From Lingula anatina (lineage: Eukaryota > Animalia > Brachiopoda), in contig CM120643.1 in the NCBI GenBank assembly GCA_051362555.1, positions 16,620,848 through 16,684,847 of the forward strand: a stretch of DNA of 64,000 nt. The letters are read 5' to 3'. Positions 50,626-64,000 of this stretch are shown piece by piece. A model generated the notes under the pieces. That model searched no databases. It saw only the letters and a list, made by a program, of their open reading frames with translations, and was not told where the DNA came from. Position numbers and translations under genes: made by a program. The first letter of the stretch is position 1. Every line of letters begins with the position of its first letter.

Positions 50626-52387
50626 CCTGGAAAATGAAAACAGCTAATGTCCTTTATGTAAAACCTTTAACAGCAGTATAATTGTGATCTTTACCGTGAC
50701 CCCTACCGTGAAGTTTTGTTAAGTGAGACGTTTTTAATAACATGTTCGTATTAATCGGTGAACAAATCTTGGTTGAGTTTAAGACGCCCTTCAACGAACG
50801 TCAGCCACTAAAATTTCATTGTCATGTAAAGACCGTGCCTAGGGCTATCACCAGAAAATGGCAACTTTTCATGTGGACTTTTGAACTATCTTAAAGGTAT
50901 CTTTAAAGGTATTAAATTACCGCTGTTGGAGAGGGTTAAGTAGAACTTGTGATCGATTGGCCCTGAAAGGCAATTTTAAAAAGACACTGTGTAAACCGAA
51001 CCTTTTGCAAGGCGGTCGTTCAATCCCCCTTAAAGACACGCGTGTAAGAGGAACCTGTTACTCTGACTCTAATAATAAACCAAGTACCTGTCTAAGCGAA
51101 AGAGAAACGACGAAAGCGTGCGCGGAGATTTAAACTGAGCAATAACAAGAAGATTACAGATGGGCAGAGCCACACGCACCTTACCTCCTACCACTCCATA
51201 CTGGTATGTATGACAGTGAATATCTTTTAAACCATCTACAAGCGGAAAGTCTTTTTCACAGACGGAGAGGAGTTTCCCCCTTGGCAGTAGCCACTTAAAT
51301 ATTTGTTGTCAACAGACATTGTTATGAAAATGACAGGAAATCGTGAGGCTCCCGCGACATTTTAAGAGTGCATTTGGATGTACGCTAATACCATCACTTC
51401 TCGCCACGATAAAACCTGGTTCTCAATTTCATGTCTTTCGATTTTCTTTAAAACTACCATACCAGTGAATAAAAAAAACGGCCCGTTTCAAGTAAATAAG
51501 GTTGAAAAGAACTAATTAAAAACAAGCCTCTGAAATGACCCACAATCTTTCCCCCTGTGTCAAAGGTGAAAATAATGATTTTACTAAAAATGTCAGTACC
51601 GTCTGCAGAGGCACAGTAGGCCTATTTAAATTAGGCCTATGAACCTACATGTATACCCAAATATGATTTTCCCTACATTTAGGTTTTGTTTCTAATTCTA
51701 CGAGATACACTGAGGAATTAAGACCTGTAATCAGCAAGTGTTGCGTCACTGGCCACGTCAAAGGACAAATCTCTGTCAAGCCGCTTAGCCCTAAAATAAA
51801 TCTCAAGGAGTTGGTTGATCTGCATGTTTTTTTTTTCTTTTTAATCTGAATTCGCTATCAAAATCGCCTCTTTTTGCGACATTAACTATGTTTAAATCGT
51901 TTCCTATGACTTCAAACCCGACAGTCAACGTCAACATTCTAAGAGCGACGATCTGTAATTAAATATTTGATGACCAAGGGCTTATTTTCAATGAAACTAT
52001 CGGTCTACGTAGATCGATCCGACTCCGCGGGATTCTCACTGAATGCAATCAGATAAACAGACTAACGTACACGCCCTCGCTTGTTTGCAACGTACTCGTA
52101 TAATTGCCAGCTTTTCTGTATTATACGCAACGCCTTTTGAACGCATGCATTGTTATTGTACGGCGGCGAACGAGATAATTCATCTGTCACCTTACAGCAA
52201 AAAATATCTCCACGTGATACGTTTATCCGGATGTAGTTTTGTGCTTTCAACAATTTTCTCGTTTACGCAACATAAACGTTAACATTAAGAATAAATTATT
52301 CCTCTTTAAAATTAGCAAAGAGTTGTCACAATAATCACAATGATATAAACCTGGATAATCCTACCTTTTTAATCCGTTAATACGTAC

Positions 52388-53049
52388 CTATCTCGTATCG
52401 ATACACGATGTTGTCTCTCAATACCGAATATTCGTCACCCCCTCCTAAGATGAATGAATTAGTGATTACTTCGTATATTTTGGTCTTTATGAGGGGCTGG
52501 AACTTGGGGACAATGCAGTCTGCACATCTGACGTCAACGCTGACCATGCGGCTTCCGACCGGCTTGGAGATATCGTACACAACTCTTAGACCTAGATGTG
52601 AACACGAATTATGTGGATTTTCAATGTATTGTCAAAATATCTTTTGTGAAGAGTAAAGGTTTTGATTTATAATCTCTTGCTCTTTCAAAGAAACAAAACA
52701 AAATTGTTCTTACGGCAAATGCCAGATTAACGCTAAGTTTCGGGAAAATTTATGGTTTTGGTGACAAGGAGAGATTCTACAATTACTTGATATATTTCCA
52801 ATTGTCACGCACCTGCATGTGTGTCCTCGAGGTATTCTGTTAAAACTATCACAAACTAAAATACAATATCAAAACTAAGGTCTCGGTCTGCTTTACCTGA
52901 GACTTGTAAGAAGCGGCCGACCTTTTCCTCGTATTTAGACACTGAATGCTCCAAGACTGCCCAGTGTGCTACCAGATATCTGGGCAAAATCAGCTCCATT
53001 TGAATTCCAAATGGAACAGCACCTCGGACGTCCGACACAAGTATTTCAC
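52388..53049 (-). pseudogene. Two isolated exons of a 5'-nucleotidase (CD73/apyrase-like) C-terminal domain: 53049-52897 and 52591-52388
   Basis: GEILVSDVRGAVPFG...LEHSV...GRFLQVSG/LRVVYDISKPVGSRMVSVDVRCADC.VP.F.PL...YEVITNSFILGGGDEY. The acceptor of the first exon reads CGG instead of CAG, there is an apparent double frameshift, and no metallophosphatase exons are nearby. Confidence 0.82.
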
Positions 53050-53712
53050 CCGGAGTTAAAAACAATTAGAATTAGTATTTAACCTCTTTTATTTTTGTGG
53101 AAATCAAGATTATATATAAAATGAAGAAGAAATGTTTCCAATTCTGCAATGCACTCGGCGAAATAACAACGTTTACGAACTCTTTGGACGAGTGTAGAAA
53201 TAAAATTGTGTAAATTGTGCATTGCGGGTTACAGCTAACACAATCCATCATCTCTGCAGCGAGTTTTTAAAATAATCATTCACGTGTATTATTTATGATT
53301 TTTAAAGTGAAATTATGGACTTATGTTTCTTTGCTCAATACATCTATATGAATTTTTCTCGGCAATATCATGTTACTTTTAAATTATGCGTGTTCTCCCT
53401 TAAGGAAGCGGGATTTAATTCCTGACGAATACTTTTCCATTGAATAATTGTTTTCTGCATCTTTCTCTCGGTTTCCTAAGTGAACTATCCATTTCCGATT
53501 CATTTTTAATGTGGTTTTAAATGCTTTGGTTGGGTTGATTTTTAAATCACATTCTGTCCCTTGGGATTTTATTGCCAGTTCTTCCCTCTGGAATGACCAT
53601 TTTATATATAAAAAGATATACTTATAAATGCATATCTTTATAATGAACCACAATGAAACAATTTAAAGTAAAATACATCTTATAAATTAATTTTTTTATC
53701 CAAAAAGATTAA

Positions 53713-53925
53713 GACCCCATTCCCACAGATTTTAGATAGATCTATCCCTGTGGGAAGTCTCACTACATTACTGTCAGCTTAGCCAGCTTAAATATGTCCC
53801 GCCTACTAAAAGCTGTAAGGGGGTAATTAACTACCGTGCACGATCGGCTGACAGCAATTTACTGTGAACCCCTAGAGAGTTAGGTCAATCTAGATGGATC
53901 AACCTAAATCTATGGGAATGCAGTC
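53713..53925. mobile_element. MITE with a TAA target duplication (PIF/Harbinger-like); a second copy starts at ~63919 and runs off the window
   Basis: GACCCCATTCCCACAGATTTTA / TAAATCTATGGGAATGCAGTC TIRs flanked by TAA; 63919-64000 matches its 5' part. Confidence 0.75.
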
Positions 53926-54467
53926 TAAATAATGTGTACTAGTAGTTTGTGTGGAATGGCTTCCAAGCCAAATTTCTGTACAAATGTACTCCAATTTGCC
54001 TTGTAACAATAGTGGAGATAGGTGTCCTCATCCTTCATTTTTAATACAACCCCCTCCCCCTCCCAGAAAACTTTGGAAATAGGGGGTTACATCTTAATAG
54101 GCCTTAGCCAACATTAATAATAATTGTAAAATTGTAACAAATGGTTTATTTATTATGTTTTATGTATCTAATATCTCAAAATAAAATCTGTCTCACTTAC
54201 TTTCCCTTTCTTTTCAAAACCTTCAGGTACTAAAAAGAATTTCTTTTGTCTCTGCATGGGCAAACTTTGCTGAATCATTGCTAATGTTTTTTTTCTTTTA
54301 GCTCTTTATATTATTTAAGTAAGACAGAGTTTGCATTTCACAATTAATACCTACATCTTCCGTAAAACAATTTTTAAACAAATTTCAATTTGAAGTCCAT
54401 GTTTCATTTGAAACCAATTTCTTTTCTTAACAAGTCCAAACAGAGAAATTATACATAGACAAAACAT

Positions 54468-55250
54468 TCAGGAAATTGTTCTGAAAAGAATTTTCATCAT
54501 GTGTTCATCAGCTTTCTTTTGTCGGGTCAAAAAATAAGACTGTCCTTTAACAAGCACAGTTAGAGACGTAAATGTTTCCTTGGCAATGAAATCTTCAGGT
54601 TTGCAAATTATTTTACGAGTTTGCTTCATTGTAGCTCCCTTTGGTACAATCAGAATAAATATCTGAGCCTTTTTATCATAATAAATCCTCATGACATTTT
54701 TAGTATATCTAGGATATATGAAAATAAGTGCAACAGCAAAGAATACACATGCCCAAAAAGAGAAAGTGTTTTTCTCCTTGAATCTGTCTTCCAGTTCTTC
54801 CATTGAATTAATCCCATGGACAAATTCCCTTATGCCCATCACACATAACAAACTCATAAAGAAAATGAGGTAAAATGAGTTGTGAGTGACTTTGGATTGA
54901 TACATCAGATAATGGTGTACAAAATCCATGCCATCTCGCTGAATGATACTCAAATCGTCTTTATGATTGTTCAGAGACCTGTGATCCAAACTGTTGAACA
55001 TATTAATAGTTTGTATCCACACTCTCCTTGGTTTCATGGACTTTTTAAATATCTGCGGAGAGCTGAAGTCGGCGTGATAGGATGACGGCGTTGCAGCAAC
55101 TCTTAAAAACCCTCTAAATGGGACATGGTGGCGTTCCAAGTGTGCCGTCCAGAGTCCTTTAGAACTTTTGGTAATGGTCACGATGGAGCGACCAGTTGCT
55201 ACACCTCCACAACCTCCATATAGTAAATATGACCTCAACAATATATTCAT
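54468..55250 (-). CDS. Probable mitochondrial two-TM protein, TMEM70/TMEM186/TMEM223-like, 260 aa, single coding exon; 5' UTR exon donor probably at 57142-57147
   Basis: The likely ATG directly follows the acceptor TTTATATTTCAG|G. Basic N-terminus, two hydrophobic helices (FYLIFFMSLLCVMGI; FSFWACVFFAVALIFIY), then VMRIYYD...KPEDF...F...LVKGQSYFL, resembling the family's C-terminus. Family assignment is from recall only. Confidence 0.6.
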   Translation of the reverse strand: MNILLRSYLLYGGCGGVATGRSIVTITKSSKGLWTAHLERHHVPFRGFLRVAATPSSYHADFSSPQIFKKSMKPRRVWIQTINMFNSLDHRSLNNHKDDLSIIQRDGMDFVHHYLMYQSKVTHNSFYLIFFMSLLCVMGIREFVHGINSMEELEDRFKEKNTFSFWACVFFAVALIFIYPRYTKNVMRIYYDKKAQIFILIVPKGATMKQTRKIICKPEDFIAKETFTSLTVLVKGQSYFLTRQKKADEHMMKILFRTIS

Positions 55251-55260
55251 CCTGAAATAT

Positions 55261-56961
55261 AAACAAGGCAGCAAAGCTGTCAAATGTACAGACAAAAAAA
55301 AAACAGAAAATAAAGATGCAAATAAGTGAAAAATTACATTTTCACAAAAAACTGTTAAATTGCCAGAAAAATTTACCAAACAGACTGCGTTGCCTATTGA
55401 AGCTGTATGTTAGACCTATGTTTCTTTCTTGTAAGTTTGAGAACAGTAAGTGACATGATTTCCCTTAAATGGTCATCATAGGAGCAGTGCACAAAATAGG
55501 GGTTTCTTCAAATTTTGATGCAACATTACATAATGTTTAACAGCATAATGACAATCAAATGTTATTAATAAAATATTAGTAACATGGACATTCAGAAAAT
55601 ATGACAAGCAAAAGTCTTCAGGATCATGGAACTTTAAAGTCACACCTTGAAAATGCCAATATGTGAAAAATTAAATTTTCACAAAAAACTGTTTAACTGC
55701 CAAAAAATAAATAAATAAATAAATAAAAATACCAAACAGACTGCATTGCCTACTGAAGCTGTATTTTAGTCCCATGTTTCTCTCCTGTAAGTTTGAGAAC
55801 AGTAAGTGACTTGATTTTCCTTAAATGGTCATCATGGAAGCAGTGTCCAAAATAGGGGTTTCTTCAAATTTTGATGCAATATTACATAATGTTTAACAGC
55901 TTAATGACCATCAATTTGTAATTATAAAATATTTGTTTCACAGATATTCAGAAAATGCGATGAGCAAAGGTCTTCAGGCCCATGGAACTTCAAAGTCACA
56001 CCTTGAAAATGCCAAAATGTAAACAAGACAGCACTGTTCTGAAATGGGTTTATTTCCATTTTTAACACTTTTTTAACATAAAACAAAATAAACATTTTAC
56101 TGCCATTTTTATATGACCAACTAAGAAAATTGATGAGATGGGAAAAGTATCAATAGAACAGTGTTAAATGTCCAATTTCCTCCATTCTGAGATTCTGAAC
56201 ATAGTGGATGATTGAATCTGACAAACTGCAATGATATGAGTTTATTTCCATTTTTGACACTTTATTACACAATACATGATAACAAGTTTACCATGTTTTT
56301 TACATAATCAACTAACAATGCTGTAAAGATGCAGGAAATATCAAACAAACACTTTTAGGCATCTTATTAGTTAAATAATGAGACTGTTAACATGCCTAAT
56401 AATTGAATCTGAGGAAATGTGAAAAAAACAGTATAACTTCTAAAATAATGGCCCGATTATGCTGATTTTCGAACTCTACCTGCGTTTTAGTAAGATTGAC
56501 CACTCCTGTGAGTATAATTACAATTGGCCAATCCGTTTTTCTTATATTGTGTTATCAGTGTTGCATTTATATTGAAAATAGTGAAAAAACAGCATAAATT
56601 CCCTAAAAATGGCCCAATCATGCTGATTTTCGAACTTGACCTGCGTATTATGAATATTCATCAGTTCTGTAAGTTTCAAGTCAAAAGGTAAAATGGTTTT
56701 CCACTTATAGTATTATCGGTGCTGCATATATGCTGAAAAAAGTGAAAAAACAGCATAAATTCCCTAAAAGTGACCCGATCATGCTGATTTTCGAACTTGA
56801 CCTGCGTATTATGAATATTCATCAGTTCTGCAAGTTTCAAGTCAAAAGGTAAAATGGTTTTCCACTTATCGTGTTATCAGTAAAAGTGCACGGCGACGAC
56901 GGCGACGACAGACGCAGATGATGGCTATATGTACAGACACATCTGTGTCTGTACATAAAAA
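55261..56961 (-). mobile_element. Helentron/HINE-like element with internal tandem arrays (two ~340-360-bp units at 55326-56020; three ~161-bp units starting 56419, 56581, 56742)
   Basis: Subterminal ATGTACAGAC at both ends, a (GAC)n tract, the terminal hairpin TATGTACAGACACA-TC-TGTGTCTGTACATA, and visible tandem units containing TTTTCGAACTTGACCTG. Confidence 0.75.
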
Positions 56962-59900
56962 TATCCAATTATGAGCAAATAAAACACAAAGTTTCTGTGT
57001 GCATTTTGCAACTTTTTTTTTACGTGCTGCTCGAGAGCTGTTCAGTTTCTGCCAAATTCTGTTTCACAGTATTGTCAAAGTTTGAAGTTATAATGGCTAC
57101 TTTACGTACAAGCAGAATCATAGTAAGCCAAACCCATGGTCACTTACATCTAACCTGCTATTATGATCCCTAGACTAATGTTTCGGTTAACATAAATGTG
57201 CGTCTTCAGGTACCGAGTTGGTCACAAAATTTTCGGTCCTTTTCTTCATGAAGAGCTCATCTGAGAGGAAGCGAGAGAAAGTCTGAGGTTATTTGACAAG
57301 ACAATATGATATATATCATTTTAAGCATACCACAGAGGTATAAGCCAGTGCTAAAAAACATAAAATTGTTCAATTAGTGCTTCACATATTTATTTTCAAT
57401 TATCTGAGACTTAACTGGGCCTTTAGACCGGGCGATATTGAGAGGTTGTACGTCACAGTTCTTCATGTGTTTAGCGTTACATGTGAACATGAACGGTGCA
57501 TCGATCACAAGGGAGACCAACACGTAGCACAAAAATTTATCATCGTAGCTAATATCCCTTTTTGCCAAAAAGCAGTACATATGCATGAATTTCATTGCTT
57601 TCTATCACACACGTCCTTTTAATGGCAGTAGATCTATCCCCCCCCCCCCCAAAGAAAAAATCAATAAAAAAATAAAACGAAATAAATAAATAAATAAAAA
57701 AATAAGAATAAATAAATAAAAGAACACTGGGGGGGGGGGGGGCAGGTGCGAAAATTATCCTTATGTTGTGGTGATGCAGCATAAAGTTTAAATACAGGAA
57801 GGGAATGCTGCTACATAGTTGGTTCAATCCAAATCTGTTGCTAGCTATATATGCTAGCTGGTAGACATGAAACTGCAGAAATGCATGTATTGTACTTCAG
57901 TCTGACCAGCTCATAGATGTGTTTGGCATGATACAACCTGACAGAAGCCAAATATTTTTAGACATATGCTAAGTAATGTATGTAGAGTATAATTAACTTT
58001 TTAGTTTGAGGTTAGGTTGGATGTGTTTATATTTTATATATGTTCTATGTAGACTGTTTGATATCGGGATATGTACTGAGTAGCCCATATGTAGCCCATG
58101 GTGTATTTAGGGCAGTCATTTCCCCCACTCCACACATGCATGCACAGGTACACACACCCTGATTTCCTCCCTAAAATAGGAGATAACTGCATTTGATGTG
58201 TGTACCAGTACATTTACTTATACATGGTATCACATTGATATAAAATTGGAGAAAAAAGCTGCATTATTATCCATCATTATATCTTTCAGCACAACCCAAG
58301 AAGGATGTAAAATGGCTATGAGAACAAGATATGGGAACATGATGATGTACTGGTATTTACTAGTATATATGGTGTTATGCCAATACATTTTGCCAGCATC
58401 CAGCAAAATCAAAATCATTTGGATTGTTATGATATCCATCACAAGGGCCCTAGCATGAAGGCTGGGCCCAGGAAATGGACATATACATACTGGATATTCA
58501 AAAACAATGGGTAAGAGGCATTACTTTTTTCATTTTTGTTTGTGATAGATTTTTACTGGTAGGTTTCAGATTGTCCAAACTGCCTGTGTATAACAATAAA
58601 TGAGTAGACAGATCTCTATAGATACGTATATATAATTATAATGATGATAGTGATAAAGACTGACAGGTGAAGTAAAATGTAAACCTTTTATTTATTTTTA
58701 CATTTTTTTAAACTGAAAAAGTTATTTTCTTTAAAAATTGATTATTTAAAGAAGGCAATACAGGTGCTCTGTGCTATGCACATGCTTTGTGTATGAATAA
58801 ATAGATGGCAGTAACCTTTAGACAAACACTTGTTTTTAACCTGTTTTTATAACTCCTCTGTAATGAGAAAGAAAAAAAATCAAAATGTTAAAATTTTTTT
58901 AATTAAATTATTTGCAAATTAATCTCATTTAGCCTCTCAAGTCAATGATAAGCAAAACTTAATTACAACAACCGTCTGTGTCATTATAGCCACTGGTCTT
59001 ACGTCCTGGGCCAGTAAAATTTTGTTTGAACCAGTAGATTTTCCAGAATGTGTGAATTAGCTGTGTCACCAACATCCACCAGTGTCACCAGTCAGTCATT
59101 ACATAACCTCAAGGATGCATGCTGGAGGGCATTATGCATGAAACAAAGCTTCCTTGTTTAATAATATGACTCAGTTCACAACTTCTAGTATGTACGTATC
59201 ATGTGCAGTTTTAGACTATGGAATACTTACCATGGCTGTGTTCTCATCAGACATTTTTGTTCAGTTTTGAGCCAGTTGACAACTGTTTCAGTTTGTTCCC
59301 ATTTGCTGAATGAATTAAATTAGCATTCCAAGCAGGCTGGGACAGTGTGCTTAATTCTAAGTGAATCAGATTAAAATGGAATATTTGATCCAGGTTTTCT
59401 GCATACTTTACTCAAGACGTTTCACAGGGGCATTGACCTTTTTCCAATTTGTCAATTCACAGCAAAGGATGAGTGCGAATAAGGGGGTAAAAGTGCCCAC
59501 TTTTGTACATGAAAAATAAATTGTGAATGAATGGAAAAAAAATGATGCCAAATTAAAGTTGGGGTCTTACACTTTTATGATCCACTTTAAAAAAAATTTT
59601 TATTGAATTTGAAATATAAAAAATTAATGTCAAAATGACCTTGTCAAATATTCATGAAAATGTGTGTTTTAGGGGGGGTCTGAATTGCAATGCTACATAT
59701 CTTTAGTTAAAGTAAGGTGACAACTGTGAGATTTTGTAATTGGGTACAGAAGGTGCCCATGTAAAAAAGTAAGGCAATATGTGGCCAATCATTGTTTGTG
59801 ATCAATATTTTGATTACTTTATTTGTACATGTAGTGCTGATTGAAAGAAGAATCTTACAGTGACTTGAGGGTAAAAGATGTTCATTTTTTATATGAGCCC

Positions 59901-62462
59901 CTGCCTCAGACAAGCTAATTATTCACGGTTGAAAAGACATGAATATAAGGTGAGATATATGTGAAAATCAGCTTGTCTGAGGGTTGGGCTCGATATGTAC
60001 TCAAACTAAATAGGGACATTTTCAGTCCATATGCTAGCAGGCGGCCATGTTTATTCCTGCCATGAGGTAGCTGCTACATGCTTACATAGGAAGGGTAGGC
60101 AGATACAGTGAAACTTTTGTACAAAAAGAACAATCCAAAATAAAATGTAGGTCTTTGAAAGGAAAATAGGGATTAGAGTCGGTAAAATATTTTCATTTAC
60201 AATAAAAAAAAGTCATTTTCATGTAATGCATGCTATCAAAAAAAAAAAAAGGGGGTGGGGGAATATGGATAGGAAATAAAGAGTCCAAATACAGTAAGTA
60301 TATCTTACTTTCATTCTTATTTCTTAGGATTAAGAAAGATTTAATGTAAAATGTGCTTCAGATATTCAAAGTTATATTAATTATCATAATAGCAGATGTA
60401 CATTGTGGTGGCTCCTACTTTATATAGAGATCCATGCTGAAATAGACCTCTACACATAAGGCTGGCTTGACCCAACCCCCTCTAATGGGCATGGAAGTAC
60501 ATTTTGTACAACCAAAATTGTTGTGTAAATGTCCCCTTTTATGTCTATTTTGCATAAAAAGTAAAATAAAAGGCCCCATCACACACCCTAGTTTTGTTAC
60601 TTATGACCTAATCTTTCACACCAGCACTATTCATAGTAGCTTTGCAGAGTTTTTTTTTCTTCTTTTTTTTCACCAAAATGCTATGAATGACTTTATTTGT
60701 CAAGGAAATCAGTGAAAACCTATTGACTTGGTAAATAGTCCATACAAGAGACCACCAGCCTATAACAAATACCAGAAGTTTACCAGATAAAGCAAGCTAG
60801 CCAATATAGTGATGAGCATCTGCTACCTGTAGATGGCCAGTTTGAAATCAGTGTATGCAAGGATGCACCCGGTTTAATCAGAGCCAAAATAGTTAATTAA
60901 GACACACATCTAGCCACCAGTACACATTATGGATTCAGACCTCCCATAGCAAAAGTAAACCCATCAGTAGCTGGTACTGACAGTGTAAAGCTGGTTCCAA
61001 GACAGTTGGAAGTTGTGCACATATCACTTCAGTCCTGTGGTATATGGGGTTTGCCATGAGGCAGGGATACAATTGAAAATAATGTTGTGGAGAAGGCTGT
61101 TTGGATGCCTCACATTTACCAACATCAAGTGGTGACAGTATTAGCGAGACAAAAAGTGTTTCGAACAGCACATCTGATGGATTATTTATTGTTTCATTAT
61201 ACATTTTTTATACTCATATTTGTATATTTTATATAAAATAACTCTTGCATTGCATTCTATACAAGCTCTCTATCACATACATAATCATATATGAAGTACT
61301 TTTTAGGTGATTTAATTTCATTGTCATACAGATTATTGGCCATAACTGTTATTATGTGTACTATATTTTCATTTAGTTTTTAGTTATACCTTACATTATT
61401 TTGGTACAGTTTTGGTCTGTGAGAAAAAATATATAAAATTAATAAATACGCTGAAACAAGTTTTTTTAGTAACAAGTCTTTTATACAGCTAGGTGAAATA
61501 AGAGATGGCTTCTGTGAGAAAATACCGTAATATACCACCCCTCCCTCTCTTCTCTAGGATAAAAAAAAACAATAATTACTTTCCCATTTACTTGTGCCAC
61601 ACCACAATTATTTAACATATAACTCTTTTTCACATCACAAGGCAAGTTTCATTAGAAAAAATCGTTTATGTAATATAATTGCTGAAACAAGTTGCTCTGA
61701 TTCATTAGATTGCATACAACAGGTAAATCCGGCTCCCCCCCCCCCCCCCCCCCCACATATAATTCATTAAAAATACTAAGTTATAATGCCTCAAACCAAA
61801 TAATATTTTTCCATGCAACAAATATATGCCTAAACTTTATAATAGCAAATTATTAAAAAAATTTGAGGATGGGCACTTTGCCAATGGTTATTCGCACTCA
61901 TCCTTTCCAATTTTAACATGCAAAATTCCCTTCCAATTCTGCTAAAAATAAACACAGACATTGTCTAAATCTGAGTCAGTCATAATAGTGCATTATGTTA
62001 TATGAACAAACTGAACAGGTACTTGTGTATTACATGTAAATCAACAACTGGTATATGAACAGAACCTTAAACAATCTGTCCTGTTCCGGTTGTATCATAA
62101 TTCTATGTCATTTCAGGATGTGTGTACATTATGTCATCAGCCACAGAAGAGCTGAGGACTGTTGTATTATCAGTCCAGCCTGTCACACCATGCCAGCAGT
62201 TTGAATTTAAAACAAGTGGACTGGTCTCAGGAGCTGTTTGTGAGCACTGCGTCACTGGAACATGGATATCTCCACAGGTGTCGGCACAAGAAAACTTGTG
62301 AACTCACTGGATGTAAGATTCTGGTAAGAGATTTGTCATGAACCACAGTTACATGTTCACTCACTGAAGCTGTGTAATTATGAAAATTTAGGAAAAGTTA
62401 CCAACTATTAAAAATTGAAATTAAAGGATGAGACAAGTCTGAAATATTTTCAAATATCTTAG

Positions 62463-63388
62463 CATGGGCGTAACTAGGCATACGCATGGATGCATTGTGC
62501 GTACAATTTTTTGGCCAACCATGGTATTATTTCATATAAATTTAGTGTATTTTTCACGGAATATAAAGAAATCCTCTGCTTATTAAAGTCACCTGTAAAA
62601 ACAAATCCTCTGTATCAATTGTATAGGCACAATTGTTCTGACCCCTCCTCCCCCCGTCTTGCAAACTGAGGTAAACAATGCCTGTAACCTTAACAAGTCC
62701 TATCTTAAACGTACATCTAACTAAAACTTCCTTTACCTCTTAATTGGAGGGTTCAGTGGCCCTCAACTCTTCTGTACCTTCTTTCTTGAGAATATCTGGC
62801 GATATTTATCTCAGGTAAAAATCTGCCTGAGTGTTATTTTCAAAGAGCAGCTCCCGCACTAGATAAAATCTGGACACCAGGTTTAAGAAGGAGCTAGAGA
62901 AACAAAGGAAGAATTTTTCCTGCAAAGCTTCAAAGAATTTTGACACGGACTTGACCCAGCTTACCCCTCCAAACTAACAGGGTGACAGGGGCAATTTTTA
63001 CAAACAAATAATTAAACTTAGATATATCAAAGCTCTGTCGTGTCGTAAAATTGGTTGTTTTTGGGAACCATGCATCCACATGTAAGGTGAATGAAACCGT
63101 ATGTTAGTTCAACTCAGAGGATCCAGGATTATTCAAAGGGAGTTCCACATATGCGAAGCTAGCCTCCTTTTAAATAAATATACCGTTCTGGGTAATAAGA
63201 ATATTGAAACTTTTTTAATTTAAATATTTCTGACTAAATGATCATTTTATTATTAATGAAAATTAAGCTGCGATGTGTGGTACATATGCTGTAATTACGC
63301 TGTCCTTCATCTCTTGCGTTAGTCTACATTTTGCTGGGAATTTTAAAAATCTGTGCGTACAATTTTTAAAGGTCTGGTTACGCCCCTG
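62463..63388. mobile_element. Non-autonomous TIR element
   Basis: CATGGGCGTAACTA ... TGGTTACGCCCCTG termini, flanked by a CTTAG direct repeat. Confidence 0.65.
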
Positions 63389-64000
63389 CTTAGTAAATGT
63401 TTTATTTTATCATAACACTTTTAATTAACATAATATAATTCTCATTTGTAGTGAATTTAGCAATCTTTATTATTGTACAATCCAACTATTTCAGTTTCAA
63501 ATAAACATTATTATTATTATTGTTAATCTGTATGACATACACTATATGCTATAGCTAAAGAGATGCTGAAGAGGGGGGGGTGGAATGGGGAAGGGGGTTG
63601 CTAGTTATGATTTATTGCCATATCAGATGTCACTTAGGAGCTATGAATTGTCCCTTTTTAAAGAAAAAAATGATCTGTTTTGATTTATAGACTTGTATTT
63701 TTCAGAATTGTGGTGTTTAAAATCAAAACATATGGCAGTGTGTTAATGTTTAAAAAAATTATTAGTACTGGCATTTTATTTGCCTATTAAACTTTATTAA
63801 AAAGTGCTAAGAAAACCTTGTCTGTTAATATCACAAGCTGTTAATTAGCTGACTGATATACCAGTACTAGTATCCTTATTATGCTGACGATTTTGCATGA
63901 CCTGGTGCAATGGTATTACACCCCATTTCCATAGATTTTTAGATCGATCTATCCCTGTAGGGAGTCTCACTAGATTATTGTCAGCTTGGCCGGCTTAAGC

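Noticed and set aside
55251-55379. N-terminal extension of the 303-aa ORF
   Set aside because: It lies in intron and Helentron-like sequence upstream of the acceptor and the likely ATG at 55250.

Overview
AT-rich (roughly 35% GC, estimated by eye) eukaryotic DNA with spliceosomal GT-AG introns. The gene and repeat content suggests an invertebrate, probably a mollusc or other lophotrochozoan (inference). Most ORFs in the six-frame track are exon fragments or noise, so I rebuilt the genes by hand from splice sites and reading-frame phase. In order along the window: the 3' end of ANKS6; a 14-exon, ~1204-aa two-TM protein I cannot assign to any family, with internally duplicated exons; a long-TIR element carrying a decayed Tc1 transposase; an intronless CYP1-like P450; a 307-aa ankyrin protein; a secreted single-VWD protein whose intron holds a non-autonomous Gypsy LTR element; HEATR3; a secreted single-VWC peptide; a 5'-nucleotidase pseudogene fragment; and a TMEM70/186/223-like gene. 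MITEs and Helentron-like elements are scattered throughout. The most striking observation is in the Gypsy element: its 3' LTR contains a canonical 199-nt intron that is precisely absent from its 5' LTR, although both LTRs lie between one matching target-site duplication.
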